DNA of 64,000 nucleotides from Candidatus Binatia bacterium. GTDB taxonomy: Bacteria > Desulfobacterota > Binatia > UBA9968 > JAJDTQ01. The position numbers and the translations under genes were made by a program. A model generated the notes under the pieces. The model made no database searches and was not told the origin of the DNA. It was given only the letters and a program-made list of their open reading frames with translations. Position 1 is the first letter of the stretch, and every line of letters starts with the position of its first letter. Of the stretch, positions 41,992 to 52,182 are shown one piece after another. The stretch covers positions 2,208,001-2,272,000 of the forward strand of contig OY762897.2 in NCBI GenBank assembly GCA_963666515.2, in the 5' to 3' direction.

Positions 41992-43122
41992 ATGGAATCG
42001 AGAATGCGATCCCTCGAAGAACTGAAACCGGAGATCCTCCGGCGCGCCGGCCGCGCCAACCCCTTCGAGTGGGTCCGGCGGGAGGACGTGGAAGAGGTGG
42101 TCTCGTGGCTCCTGTCCACCGAAGATGACCACTGGGCAGAAGTCTGGGGCCGGATGGGGAAGCGGTACGAGGCGCTGGGCGAAGCGCAGGAGAAGAACGG
42201 AGAGCCGTGCGGCGAGTCCTACTACCTCGCCTACGACTACTACCGCATCGGCCGCTACCCGGTGTCCTCGACCCCCGGGAAGATGGCCTGCTACGAGGCA
42301 TCGCTGCGGAATTTCCTGAAAGCGGCGCAGCACCTGGACCCGCCGGTGGAGCGGGTGGAGATCCCCTTCGAGGGGAAGTCGATCATCTGCTACCTCCAGG
42401 TACCGCGCGACGCTGACCGCCCTCCGGTGGTGCTCCACTGGGGCGGCGTGGACGGCTGGAAGGAGGACCGCCGCAGGCCCAGCGAGGCGCTTCACCGGCT
42501 TGGCCTCGCCACCATGACCATCGACATGCCCGGGGTCGGCGAGAGCCCCGTTCTGGGCTCCGACCCCAAGGCCGAGCGGACCTTCTCCGCAGCCCTGGAC
42601 TACCTGGAGACGCGCACGGACGTGGACGGGTCACGCCTCGGCGCCATGGGCGGGAGCTTCGGCGGCTACTGGGCAGCCAAGGTCGCCCACGTCGAAGCGG
42701 AACGGCTCAAGGGGGTCGTGGACTGGGGCGGCGGCGTGCACCTGACGTTCCAGGAGGAGTGGCTGCGGCCCGCTCTGACCACGCGCGCCGAACAGTATCT
42801 CATGGGTCCCGCCAGCCTGCTGGACGCGCGCGGCTACATCTTCCGCACCCGCGATCTGGACGAGATCCTGAAGCTGGCCCCGCAGCTCTCGCTGGTGACC
42901 CAGGGGCTCATCGACGGGCCGTGCGCCCCGCTGCTGCTCATCAACGGCAAACTCGACGACCAGCACCCCATCGACGACTTCTACCTGCTGCTGGAACACG
43001 GCGACCCCAAGGACGTGTTCATCATTCCGGACGGAGGGCACATGGGGCGCGTGCCCGGCAAGTCCAACGAGCCGGCGCTGAACGTGCTGGCGCAGTGGCT
43101 GCACCGGAAGCTCATGGGCTAA
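41992..43122 (+). CDS. Alpha/beta hydrolase, FrsA/DUF1100-like; paralog of 18241..19338
   Basis: HWGGVDGWKED, GGSFGGYW, PCAPLLLINGK, GGHMG. Confidence 0.85.
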   Translation: MESRMRSLEELKPEILRRAGRANPFEWVRREDVEEVVSWLLSTEDDHWAEVWGRMGKRYEALGEAQEKNGEPCGESYYLAYDYYRIGRYPVSSTPGKMACYEASLRNFLKAAQHLDPPVERVEIPFEGKSIICYLQVPRDADRPPVVLHWGGVDGWKEDRRRPSEALHRLGLATMTIDMPGVGESPVLGSDPKAERTFSAALDYLETRTDVDGSRLGAMGGSFGGYWAAKVAHVEAERLKGVVDWGGGVHLTFQEEWLRPALTTRAEQYLMGPASLLDARGYIFRTRDLDEILKLAPQLSLVTQGLIDGPCAPLLLINGKLDDQHPIDDFYLLLEHGDPKDVFIIPDGGHMGRVPGKSNEPALNVLAQWLHRKLMG

Positions 43123-44290
43123 AAAATCCCTCCTTCACGGCCCAGAGCCACAGGTGGGCGATCTTTTCGTTGTGCAACTCGGCATAGCCCACGTGGCCGT
43201 AGCGGGGGATCAGCACCACGTGGCAGCCGCGGGCCGTCTCCGCGTACTTGGCGCCCATGAACATCTCACGCTTGTCCTCCAGCCGGTCCCCCCTGATCCA
43301 ATGTCCCTTGTCGTTCTCCCCTACCACCAGCAGCACGCCGGCATCCTTCAGCCACTCGGGGTCCGGGTCCTGGAGGTGATCGTAGTATTCCTCTCGCGGG
43401 AGGCCGGTGAGCTCTATGTAACGGTCCAATATCCCCACGGCGCCGTTGTGCTGGTTGTCGCACAGGCTGGTCTTCATCTGGGAGCGCCTCGGATTGGCCC
43501 ACGCCATGTACTCTTCCGGGCCGCCCCAGGGGGTCAGATCCTCCGGGTCCTCGTAGCGCGCCGCACGAAAGCTCTCGGGCGAGCGCCGCGAGATCTGCTC
43601 CACGGGGATCTCGCTATACTCCTCGGCGCCGGTGCGCTCGCGCCATTCCTTGCGCCAGCCGTCGGGGCCGCCGGAGCCGAAGCCCAGGAGGCCGGTGATG
43701 CGGGCGTTCCGGACGAAACGGTGCAGGTGCGCGGCCATGGGTCCGCCGGTGGAATGGCCGAAGGCGAGCACGTCCCGTCCCGGCAGGTGCGTGTCGGTGA
43801 GCAGCCCGGCGCCCTTCAGGATGGTGTTGAACGTGCACTTGAGGTTGCGGTCCAGAATCTCCTTCACGGGCAACTCCCGGTCGAGCAGGTACACCGGCAG
43901 GCGCTCGGGCACGGGTTCGGTCCACGCCCCGCCCGGCGGGTAGTGGCCCGGATAGGTGACGGCCAGGGTCACGAATCCCTGCGACGCCAGCACCCGCGCC
44001 AGTCCCGGGCGGCCGTCCGGGGTCGTGTCCATGATGCGCTCGCTGCCGGCGCCGCCGTGGAACACCACCACGGCCCGGCCGGGGTCGGCCTCCCGCTCCG
44101 GCGTGTAGAGGGTGCCGTGGATGTCCCACGCGTAGCCGTTGCGCTCGTAGCGCGCGGTCACCTCGCGGCTCGTGAACCCGGTCTCCGGATAGGGCGCGGG
44201 CATGGCCAGCCAGCCTTCCCAGTCCATCTTCAGCAGCAACTTGGCCGAACCTAGCGCCGCCAGGACCGTTTCAATGTTTCCGCTCTGCAT
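43112..44290 (-). CDS. Alpha/beta-fold hydrolase of unknown substrate
   Basis: VFHGGAGS, GHSTGG, GENDKGH, YGH; start uncertain (44203-44296). Confidence 0.75.
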   Translation of the reverse strand: MQSGNIETVLAALGSAKLLLKMDWEGWLAMPAPYPETGFTSREVTARYERNGYAWDIHGTLYTPEREADPGRAVVVFHGGAGSERIMDTTPDGRPGLARVLASQGFVTLAVTYPGHYPPGGAWTEPVPERLPVYLLDRELPVKEILDRNLKCTFNTILKGAGLLTDTHLPGRDVLAFGHSTGGPMAAHLHRFVRNARITGLLGFGSGGPDGWRKEWRERTGAEEYSEIPVEQISRRSPESFRAARYEDPEDLTPWGGPEEYMAWANPRRSQMKTSLCDNQHNGAVGILDRYIELTGLPREEYYDHLQDPDPEWLKDAGVLLVVGENDKGHWIRGDRLEDKREMFMGAKYAETARGCHVVLIPRYGHVGYAELHNEKIAHLWLWAVKEGFFSP

Positions 44291-44443
44291 GTTCATGGCG
44301 TTGGCGAATACTACAGCATCGACGATGGGGCAACCAGGAGCCGGTTCAACCACCGGCGGTTTCATAGTAGATTCATGGCGGCGCCCTACCGCCAAGGGAG
44401 AATTCGACATGCAGAAGTCCGGGGCACGCTGATGCGCTCTTCC

Positions 44444-45487
44444 ATGAAAGCCGTAACCGTCAGGGAGTTCGGCGACGTCGACGTGATGCGGATGGAGCAG
44501 CTTCCCGTCCCGTCCCCCGCGGCGGGAGAGGCGCTGATCCAGGTACACTCGGTTTCGGTCAATCAGACGCTGGACATCGCGGTGCGGCAGGGCCGCTACC
44601 GCACCGACCTCAAGTTTCCGGTGGTGCTCGGCACCGATCCCGCGGGTGTGGTGGTGGCCACCGGCGACGGGGTGGCGTCCACGCAGCGCGGCGAGCGGGT
44701 CGCGGTGGTGGCCTCCATCCGCTGCGGCGAGTGCCGCTTCTGCCTCATGGGACGGGAGGACTCGTGCCCTCGGAGCAAGCACTTGGGGCTGGATCGCTGG
44801 GGCGGGTACGCGGAGTACGTCACCGTGCCGGCGGAGAACGTCTTCCCGATCCCGGACAACCTGTCCTTCGGTGAAGCCTCGGTGGTCACGCGCCACTTCC
44901 CCACGGCCATCAACCTGCTGCTCAACCACGCGAAGCTCGAGAAGGGCGAGTGGGTGCTGATCATGGGGGCGGCGGGGGCTCTGGGCAGTTGCGGCGTGCA
45001 GATCGCCAGGCACACGGGCGCCCGCGTCATCGCGGCCGCGGGTGCCGATTCCAGAGCCGAGGCCGCCCGAGGGTACGGCGCCGAGTTCACGGTCAACTAC
45101 CGGGAGCAGGACCTGGAGCGGGAAGTGCTTCGGATCACGGACGGCCACGGCGTCGACGTGCTGTTCGAGAACATCGCCGACCCGACGCTGTGGCCCGGGG
45201 CCTTCAACAGCCTCGCTTTCGCGGGCCGCCTGGTGACCGCGGGGGCCCACGGCGGCGGCACCGTGCCGCTGGACGTGAAGCGGCTCTACCTCAGGCGCAT
45301 CCGCATCACCGGACAGCCCGGCGCGACCCGCAAGGACATGGGGCTGGCCCTGTCCCTGGCCGGCCAGAGCGCGGTCCGGGCCATCATCGACCGCACCATG
45401 CCCCTGGAGGACGTGAAGGAGGCGCACCAACTGCTGGAACGGGGCGGCATCATCGGCAAGATCGTCCTCGACCCGACCCTCGGCTAG
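44444..45487 (+). CDS. Zinc-binding MDR dehydrogenase
   Basis: MKAV, CGECRFC..C structural Zn site, GAAGALG, GKIVL. Confidence 0.9.
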   Translation: MKAVTVREFGDVDVMRMEQLPVPSPAAGEALIQVHSVSVNQTLDIAVRQGRYRTDLKFPVVLGTDPAGVVVATGDGVASTQRGERVAVVASIRCGECRFCLMGREDSCPRSKHLGLDRWGGYAEYVTVPAENVFPIPDNLSFGEASVVTRHFPTAINLLLNHAKLEKGEWVLIMGAAGALGSCGVQIARHTGARVIAAAGADSRAEAARGYGAEFTVNYREQDLEREVLRITDGHGVDVLFENIADPTLWPGAFNSLAFAGRLVTAGAHGGGTVPLDVKRLYLRRIRITGQPGATRKDMGLALSLAGQSAVRAIIDRTMPLEDVKEAHQLLERGGIIGKIVLDPTLG

Positions 45488-45507
45488 GGCGGAACCAGGA
45501 ACCGCCC

Positions 45508-46143
45508 ATGCTTCGACTCTACGACAACCATCTTTCCGGCAACGGCTACAAGCCGCGGCTGCTGCTCGCACACCTCGGCCGGACTTACGAGCGTATCGAG
45601 GTGGACATCCTGAAGGGCGAGACCCGCACGCCCGAGTTCCTCGACATCAACCTCAATGGCCGCATCCCGGTGCTGGAATTGGAGGACGGCACCCGCATTG
45701 CCGAATCCAACGCGATCCTGTTCTTCCTCGCGGAAGGCTCGCGTTTCCTGCCGTCCGACCGGCTTGCCCGCGCGCTCTGCCTGCAGTGGATGTTCTTCGA
45801 ACAGTACAGTCACGAGCCCTGCATCGCGGTGGCGCGCCACTGGATCCAACACGTCGAAATGACGGAGGCGCAACGCGCCCAGCTCCCGGCCAGACAGGAA
45901 GGCGGGCGGGCCGCGCTGGCCGTCATGGAGCGGCACCTCGGCGCGACGGACTGGTTCGGGGACGACGCCATGAGCATCGCCGATATCGCGCTCTACGCCT
46001 ACACCCACGTGGCGGACGAAGGCGGCTTCGACCTGTCGGACTATCCCGCGGTCAAAGCCTGGGTTGCCCGCGTCGCGGCGCAGCCGGGCCACGCCCCGAT
46101 GAATCCCGCGCCCGCGGGCGTCGTCGAACCGGCCGATCCCTGA
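45508..46143 (+). CDS. Glutathione S-transferase family protein
   Basis: SGNGYK, NGRIPVL, ESNAIL, QWMFFEQYSHEP, SIADIALYAYTH. Confidence 0.9.
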   Translation: MLRLYDNHLSGNGYKPRLLLAHLGRTYERIEVDILKGETRTPEFLDINLNGRIPVLELEDGTRIAESNAILFFLAEGSRFLPSDRLARALCLQWMFFEQYSHEPCIAVARHWIQHVEMTEAQRAQLPARQEGGRAALAVMERHLGATDWFGDDAMSIADIALYAYTHVADEGGFDLSDYPAVKAWVARVAAQPGHAPMNPAPAGVVEPADP

Positions 46144-46181
46144 GCCGGTCCGGCACTACCAGGAAACCAAGGAGACAATCC

Positions 46182-47042
46182 ATGGCGCAACTCGTCACCA
46201 TGCTCGGCATCACCCACAACCCCTTCATGCCGAAGATGTTCAAGCAGGCGCAGCAACCGCCGGGGGCGGCCAGGGTCCAGGAACGGATCGCCATGATGCG
46301 CGAGAAGCTGGCGCACCACAAGCCGGACGTGCTCATCACCATCGGCAACGACCACCTGCACCAGTTCTTCATGGACAACATGCCTGCCTTCATGATCGGC
46401 AAGATGGACCGCTTCCACGGCACCTTCTACGACGAGGTGCGGGAGTTCGGGCTGCCGGAGTGCGAGGTGCCGGGCGACCTGGAGATGTGCAACCGGCTGC
46501 TGGAGGGCGCTTACGAACGCGGCGTGGACTTCGCCTATTCCAGCGAGCTCACCGTGGATCACTCCATCGTGGTGCCCATGCTGTTCGTCAGGCCGGAGAT
46601 GGACATCCCCATCGTGCCCATCCTGACCAACTGCATCGCCCCGCCGCTGCCCACCGCACGGCGCTTCTACGAGGTGGGGCAGGCCATCCGCTCGGTCATC
46701 GACGGCATGCCAGACGGCAAGCGCATCGGCGTCCTGGTGAGCGGCCACCTGTCTCTGGAGGTGGGCGGCCCCAAACAGTTCGAGCGGCGCCTGATGGACC
46801 CGGACTTCGACGCCTGCGCCGTGGGCTGGATCGCCGCCGGCGACATCGACGCGGCCGCGCGCGCCTGCAACCTGGAGCAGATGGTCCCCTCGGGCAACAT
46901 GACCATGGGGTTCCTGAACTTCCTGATGGCCATGGGCGTGGCCAACGGGACGTCCCCCACGCACGCGGAAGGACTGGACGCGGGGTTCCCGGCGGTGCCG
47001 TTCTTCGCCTGGGAGCAGAAGGAAGAGGGAGCGGGACTGTGA
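46182..47042 (+). CDS. LigB-like (class III extradiol dioxygenase) catalytic subunit, atypical
   Basis: THNPF, GNDHLHQFF, VDHSIVVP, DPDFD. Confidence 0.8.
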   Translation: MAQLVTMLGITHNPFMPKMFKQAQQPPGAARVQERIAMMREKLAHHKPDVLITIGNDHLHQFFMDNMPAFMIGKMDRFHGTFYDEVREFGLPECEVPGDLEMCNRLLEGAYERGVDFAYSSELTVDHSIVVPMLFVRPEMDIPIVPILTNCIAPPLPTARRFYEVGQAIRSVIDGMPDGKRIGVLVSGHLSLEVGGPKQFERRLMDPDFDACAVGWIAAGDIDAAARACNLEQMVPSGNMTMGFLNFLMAMGVANGTSPTHAEGLDAGFPAVPFFAWEQKEEGAGL

Positions 47043-47350
47043 GCAAGTACCTGGTCAACAAGTTCATGCACGTGGTCAACATGAACCAGGAGGCGGAAGA
47101 AGCCTACGTGGAGAACCCGCCGGGCTTCGTCGCCCGGTGGGAGAAGGGAGAGCGCCTCGAGTTCACGCCCGAGGAGCGGCGCGCCCTGGAGCGGCGCGAC
47201 TACGGCAGCCTGTACGCCATGGGCGCGCATCCGTTCCTGCTGTGGAGCTTCACCGAGGCCATCTGGCGCCACGAGGTAGACCGGGAAGAACTGGTGAAGG
47301 ACTACAAGGCCAAGGCGGCCGCGGCGGGCTACCCGGACTTCGAGAGTTGA
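47039..47350 (+). CDS. LigA-like small subunit
   Basis: YLVNKF, TPEERRALERRDYGSLYAMGAHPFLL; GTGA overlap with the ligB-like stop. Confidence 0.75.
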   Translation: MSKYLVNKFMHVVNMNQEAEEAYVENPPGFVARWEKGERLEFTPEERRALERRDYGSLYAMGAHPFLLWSFTEAIWRHEVDREELVKDYKAKAAAAGYPDFES

Positions 47351-47393
47351 GCACCCGCTCCGGACCCGGGAACCTGTGTTGCGGCGGACCCCG

Positions 47394-47421
47394 GTAGGGG
47401 CGACCGGCCGGTCGCCCCTAC
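47394..47421. repeat. GTAG-type REP, perfect 28-bp palindrome
   Basis: GTAGGGGCGACCGGCCGGTCGCCCCTAC. Confidence 0.85.
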
Positions 47422-47474
47422 CATGTATCGACTACTGGGACAGGCTCCCGGGATTCGATCACCGGGCTGGATGC

Positions 47475-48737
47475 CTATTTCATCTTGAGCTTGGCCCGCA
47501 CCTCCGCGGCGAGCTTCTTGATCCTGTCCTCGGGATCGGCGCCTTCGATGACGTCCACCAGCGCGGCCCCGATCAGGTCGGTGACCGCCACCCCTTCGGC
47601 GCCGGGATACGCGTACCAGGGACCCGAATAGGACGCCACCTGGGCGTGCGCCCGCCGTGAATTCTCGTTACGGGCGTAGAACTCGCCGAGATAGCTCTTG
47701 TCCTTGAGCACCAGCTCGTTGGTCGGCGCATACCCGGTGTTCTCCACCACGATCTTGGCGCCTTCCGGGCCGGTGGCGAACTGGATGTATCTCCACGCCG
47801 CCGCCTGCTTCTTGGGATCCTGCGTCAGCATGACGATGGCCGAACCGCCGGTGGGGAAATAGACCGTGGACTTGTCCTTCGCGGCCACCACCAGCGGCAG
47901 CAGCGTCACCTTGAAGCGGTCTCCGGCGCCGGCGACAACCCGCGTCAGGTAGGAAGAGCTGTCGATGTAGATGCCCAGGGTGCCCGCGGCGAACGCCTGC
48001 CGCGCGGCCTTGCCGCCATAGGTCTTCATGCCGGCTTCCTTGCCGAGGCGCGAATAGAGCCTTGCGGCGTTGATGCCGGCCTCGCTGTCGAAGGTGATGT
48101 TGGACTCGTCTTCGTTCATGGGCCGGCCGCCGTAGGAGCCCAGCATGCTCTGGAAACGCCAGTCATGCGCCGACACCCACACGCCGTCGATCTGGTCGCC
48201 GAGGGCGCTGATCTTGGTGGCCAAGCTGATCAGGCCGTCGAAGTCGGTCGGGAAGTTGTCTACCGAGCCGCCGGCCTTGGCCACCAGCTCGGGGTTGACG
48301 TAGATCACCAGCGTCGAGGCGGAGGCCGCGATGGCGTATTGCTTGCCTTGGTACTGGCCCAGGGAGCGCAGAGCCGGGGTGTAGCCCTGCGCTTCGAACT
48401 TGGCGGCATCACCGATGAACGGATCCAGCTCCACCGCCAGCCCGCGGGCCTGGAGGATGCGCCAGCGGTTCAGACCGAGGAAGGCCACGTCGGGAAGCTT
48501 CTTGGCCACGGCTTCCCGGAGCAGGCGCTGAACGCCCGCAGCGTAGTTTTCCGCGGGCGCCTGGATCTCGAGCTTGATATCCGGGTTCTTCTTCATGAAC
48601 GCATCGGCGACCAACTCCTGGACCTTGGCCCAGAGGTTGGGGTGTGCGTAGTGCAGGGTGAGCGTCACGTCCGCCGCCTTGGCCGAGCCCGCGGCCAGGA
48701 AGCTCGCCACCAACATCGCGAAGAGTATCCTTCTCAT
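47475..48737 (-). CDS. CUT1 ABC transporter substrate-binding protein (UgpB-like)
   Basis: Signal peptide MRRILFAMLV..AKA; PTGGS, AAWRYIQF, TGYAP. Confidence 0.85.
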   Translation of the reverse strand: MRRILFAMLVASFLAAGSAKAADVTLTLHYAHPNLWAKVQELVADAFMKKNPDIKLEIQAPAENYAAGVQRLLREAVAKKLPDVAFLGLNRWRILQARGLAVELDPFIGDAAKFEAQGYTPALRSLGQYQGKQYAIAASASTLVIYVNPELVAKAGGSVDNFPTDFDGLISLATKISALGDQIDGVWVSAHDWRFQSMLGSYGGRPMNEDESNITFDSEAGINAARLYSRLGKEAGMKTYGGKAARQAFAAGTLGIYIDSSSYLTRVVAGAGDRFKVTLLPLVVAAKDKSTVYFPTGGSAIVMLTQDPKKQAAAWRYIQFATGPEGAKIVVENTGYAPTNELVLKDKSYLGEFYARNENSRRAHAQVASYSGPWYAYPGAEGVAVTDLIGAALVDVIEGADPEDRIKKLAAEVRAKLKMK

Positions 48738-48805
48738 CGCCAGACTCCTTTCTTTTCGCCCGTTCACGGGCGATGCCGTTGTTGCCGACGCGGCTCGGGA
48801 CCGCG

Positions 48806-49636
48806 TCATCCCTTGAGCCCGCTCATGGTGATGCCCTGGACGAACTTGCGTTGCGCCGCCAGGAACGCGATCACCAATGGAGCTGTAACCACGGTTGCGG
48901 CCGCCATCAAGGGGCCGAAGTCGGATCCCGCCTCCTCGTCGCGGAAAAACAGTATCCCTCGCGGGGGTGTCGCCAGGTTCGGGTCGCTGATGGCGATCAA
49001 CGGCCAGAACAGGTCGTTCCAGTGCGCGACCACGGAGAAGATGGCGAACGCGCTCACCGCAGGCCAGGCGTTGGGAAACGCGATGCGCCACACGATGGCC
49101 GTCTCGCTCAATCCGTCGATGCGCGCGGCGTCGATGATCTCGGCGGGCACCGTGGCGAAGAACTGCCGGAACAGGAAGATGCCGAAGACCGAAGCGACGA
49201 ACGGGATGATCAGCGCCGGGTAGGTGTCCAGCAGACCGATCTCGGCAAAGCCCAGGAAGACCGGGATCGCGGTCACGTGATAGGGAACCAGCAGGCCCGC
49301 GAGCACCAGCCCGAAGATCACCCAGCGAAGCCCGAACTGCCGGTGAGCCAGCGCATAGGAACAGGGCACCGCGATGAGGATCTGAAACACCAGGATGCCG
49401 GCGCAGACTATGACTCCGTTAAGCAGGAATCGGTGCAGCGGAACCTCCGCGAACGCTTTCGCGTAGTTGCGCCACTCGATGCGGCTGGGGAACAGGTCGA
49501 TGCCCGGCGCGAAGATCTCGGCGGCGGGCTTGATGGATAGGGAGAGCATCCAGAAGAACGGCAGCAGCACGAACGCCGCGCCGGCCAGCAGGAGCGCAAG
49601 CATGACGGCCCGGCCGAGGTGGAAGCGAGCGGTCAT
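48806..49636 (-). CDS. CUT1 ABC permease (UgpE/MalG-like)
   Basis: LPFFWM, EIIDAARIDG, HWNDLFWP. Confidence 0.9.
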   Translation of the reverse strand: MTARFHLGRAVMLALLLAGAAFVLLPFFWMLSLSIKPAAEIFAPGIDLFPSRIEWRNYAKAFAEVPLHRFLLNGVIVCAGILVFQILIAVPCSYALAHRQFGLRWVIFGLVLAGLLVPYHVTAIPVFLGFAEIGLLDTYPALIIPFVASVFGIFLFRQFFATVPAEIIDAARIDGLSETAIVWRIAFPNAWPAVSAFAIFSVVAHWNDLFWPLIAISDPNLATPPRGILFFRDEEAGSDFGPLMAAATVVTAPLVIAFLAAQRKFVQGITMSGLKG

Positions 49637-50538
49637 CGGTAGTGCACCCGCCTTTCGAGCACACCGAACTGCACGAGCGTCAGCGTCAGGACGAAAGCGA
49701 AGAACACCATGGTGACCGCGCTGGCGTATCCCGCCTTGAAGTAGACGAACCCCTCCCGGTACATGGCATAGACGAGCGTGTCGCTCGCAAACCCCGGGCC
49801 GCCGGCGGTCAGCGTGGCCACGGTTTCGAAAACGCGGAACGCGCGCGCCGCGGTGACCACGAGGACGAAGAGCGTCGTCGGGCCTAGCAGAGGCCACGTG
49901 ACCGTCCAGAAGCGATCCCAGCCTGGGCGCACGCCGTCGATCTCCGCGGCGTCGTAGAGGTGTTCCGGAATCGCGGTCAGCCCGGCGAGGAAGAGAACCA
50001 TGTTGTAGCCGACGGTCTCCCAGATACCGATCACCGCCAGTGAGTAGAGCACGATCCCGCGGTCGGACAGCCACTCCTGTCCCGGCAGGCCCGCCAGTCC
50101 CAGGACCTGGTTGAAGAGTCCGACGTTCGGATGCATGAGCATCTGCCAGACCGTCGCCATGGCCACCAGCGTGCCCGCCACCGGCATGAAGTAGGCGGTG
50201 CGAAGCACTCCCGCAAGCGTCGCGTTCCAGCTCGCGACCCGGTGAACCCCAAGGGCCACCAGCAAGGCCAGGATCATCGAGGCGGGCATGACGATGGCGA
50301 CGTAGATCAGCGTGTTCACCACGGCCCGCCGGCCGATGGGATCGGTGAACAGCACGCTGTAGTTGTCGAGCCCGATCCAGGCGAAACTCTGGGCGCCGAG
50401 CTGGTAGTCGGTGAACGACAGCACGGCGACGGCGAGCACCGGCCCGAAAATCAGCACGAGCATCCCGATGGTAGCCGGACCCACCAACCAGGCATTGGTC
50501 AATGCTTCGCCTACGGCGGACGGCAGCCGGGACATCAT
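49633..50538 (-). CDS. CUT1 ABC permease (UgpA/MalF-like)
   Basis: IGLDNY, GYNMVLFLAGL, LYDAAEIDG, GYASA. Confidence 0.9.
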   Translation of the reverse strand: MMSRLPSAVGEALTNAWLVGPATIGMLVLIFGPVLAVAVLSFTDYQLGAQSFAWIGLDNYSVLFTDPIGRRAVVNTLIYVAIVMPASMILALLVALGVHRVASWNATLAGVLRTAYFMPVAGTLVAMATVWQMLMHPNVGLFNQVLGLAGLPGQEWLSDRGIVLYSLAVIGIWETVGYNMVLFLAGLTAIPEHLYDAAEIDGVRPGWDRFWTVTWPLLGPTTLFVLVVTAARAFRVFETVATLTAGGPGFASDTLVYAMYREGFVYFKAGYASAVTMVFFAFVLTLTLVQFGVLERRVHYR

Positions 50539-51701
50539 GACACCGGACCTGTCGCCGTCGCACGGAGTGGCGACCTCGGTACGAGGCGAGCCTTGAGCCG
50601 CACCCCGGTCGAACCGTCGAAAAGGTGTGCGTGGTCCGGGTTGAAGCTGAGACGGATCTCGTCGCCGGGCTGGCGCAGCGCCGAATGGGTCGGAAGGACG
50701 GCGTGAACCGTCTGGTCGCCGGGCAACACGACGGTTGCCACGGCCTCCGAGCCGAGGTACTCGATCCGCACCACCCGCCCGGCGAGCAGACCGTCGTCAG
50801 CCGGGACCAGCGCTTCCGGGCGCAGGCCGATTACCACCGTATCATTGATCAGTCTTGTGTCGAAGGCGAAAGAGGTGAACGGCTCCGGCAGCTCGCGGGA
50901 ACGTGCCGGGACCTCCACCAGGTTCAGGGGATGGTCGCCGACGAAGGCGGCGATCTCCTGGGTGGCGGGACGTTCGTATATCGCACGCGGCGTGCCGGAC
51001 TGAACGATGCTGCCGTCCATCATCACCGCGATCTGATCGGACATGCTCATTGCCTCGGCCTGGTCGTGCGTCACGTACACGAACGTGCGGCCGGTGCGCT
51101 GGTGCAGGTCCACGAGCTCGCCGCGCATCTGGAGGCGCAGCTTGACGTCGAGATTGGAAAGCGGTTCGTCCAGCAGGAACGCAACCGGGTCCCGCACCAG
51201 CGCCCGGGCCACCGCGGCGCGCTGTTTCTGGCCGCCGGAGAGCTGGCTGGGCTTGCGGTCCAGCAGCGTCTCGATATCCAGCAGGGACGCGACTTCGCGG
51301 ACCTTGGTCCGGTGGGCCGCCGCAAGGTCGCGGGCGGAGGCCAACAGACGGTCCATCAACGGCAGGCGCTGCCAGACGCTCATGTTCCGCATCGCCAGGG
51401 GAAGGTTGATGTTCTGGCGAACGGTCATGTGGGGATAGAGCGCATAGGACTGGAACACCATGGCGATGTTACGTTCCGCGGCCCTCAGGCCGGTCACGTC
51501 GCGCCCGTCGATCAGCACCTGTCCGGAGGACTGCGGCTCAAGCCCGGCAACGATGCGCAGGGTAGTGGATTTCCCGCAGCCGGACGGCCCAAGGAGTGTC
51601 GTAAAGCTTCCTTCGGCGATCTTCAGCGAGATACCGTTGAGCGCGTTGGTGGCGCCGTAACGCCGGCGGACATCCTTGAGCTCGATCCTGCCGGAACTCA
51701 T
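50535..51701 (-). CDS. CUT1 ABC ATPase (UgpC/MalK-like)
   Basis: GPSGCGKST, FQSYALYPH, LSGGQ, LLDEPLSNLD. Confidence 0.93.
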   Translation of the reverse strand: MSSGRIELKDVRRRYGATNALNGISLKIAEGSFTTLLGPSGCGKSTTLRIVAGLEPQSSGQVLIDGRDVTGLRAAERNIAMVFQSYALYPHMTVRQNINLPLAMRNMSVWQRLPLMDRLLASARDLAAAHRTKVREVASLLDIETLLDRKPSQLSGGQKQRAAVARALVRDPVAFLLDEPLSNLDVKLRLQMRGELVDLHQRTGRTFVYVTHDQAEAMSMSDQIAVMMDGSIVQSGTPRAIYERPATQEIAAFVGDHPLNLVEVPARSRELPEPFTSFAFDTRLINDTVVIGLRPEALVPADDGLLAGRVVRIEYLGSEAVATVVLPGDQTVHAVLPTHSALRQPGDEIRLSFNPDHAHLFDGSTGVRLKARLVPRSPLRATATGPVS

Positions 51702-51761
51702 GAGCGATCTCCGGTAGTTCAGTCAGTAGCCCCGGACGATGACGATCCGTCGCACGGAAAG

Positions 51762-51779
51762 GTTAAAGTCTGGTGACAG
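51762..51779 (-). promoter_or_regulatory. Possible Pho box
   Basis: Minus strand CTGTCAC-CAGA-CTTTAAC (7-4-7), 60 bp upstream of the Ugp-like operon; no clear -10. Confidence 0.35.
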
Positions 51780-51880
51780 AGCCGCATTCGGAGAAGCACT
51801 TCACCAGAGTCGGAACCCGGAAGGGAAGATAAGACACACCGGATGCGGGCGCAAGGTATTCCGCGGTCGCGGGAGAACCC

Positions 51881-52126
51881 TCAGCTCCTTTTCCTCAACC
51901 TGGAGGTCCACGACAACCATGGGAACCGTTCCCGGTAGCGGCGCACCAGTTCGCGCCCGCCGATGGCGCAGCCGGCCCAGAAGACCACCTGGCTCACGAA
52001 GTAGATGCCGGCCGCCACCACGACCCTGTTGTACTCCAGGTAGACAAAGGGCAGCAGCAGAATCGTGGCGGTAATCGCCCACGAGCCCGCCATCAACACC
52101 ACCGCGAACTTTTCGAGAAGGGTCAT
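51881..52126 (-). CDS. Small two-TM protein ('transporter suffix' type)
   Basis: Two hydrophobic segments, then QVVFWAG...GRELVRRYR. Confidence 0.65.
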   Translation of the reverse strand: MTLLEKFAVVLMAGSWAITATILLLPFVYLEYNRVVVAAGIYFVSQVVFWAGCAIGGRELVRRYRERFPWLSWTSRLRKRS

Positions 52127-52182
52127 GTAGGGGATGGACGCCGTCGCCGCCCCGTGGATACGGAGCGCGTCTGACGGCGCCG

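Noticed and set aside
44300-45571. N-terminal half of the 819-aa ORF 43112..45571
   Set aside because: Antisense to the MDR dehydrogenase; only the C-terminal hydrolase part is credible.
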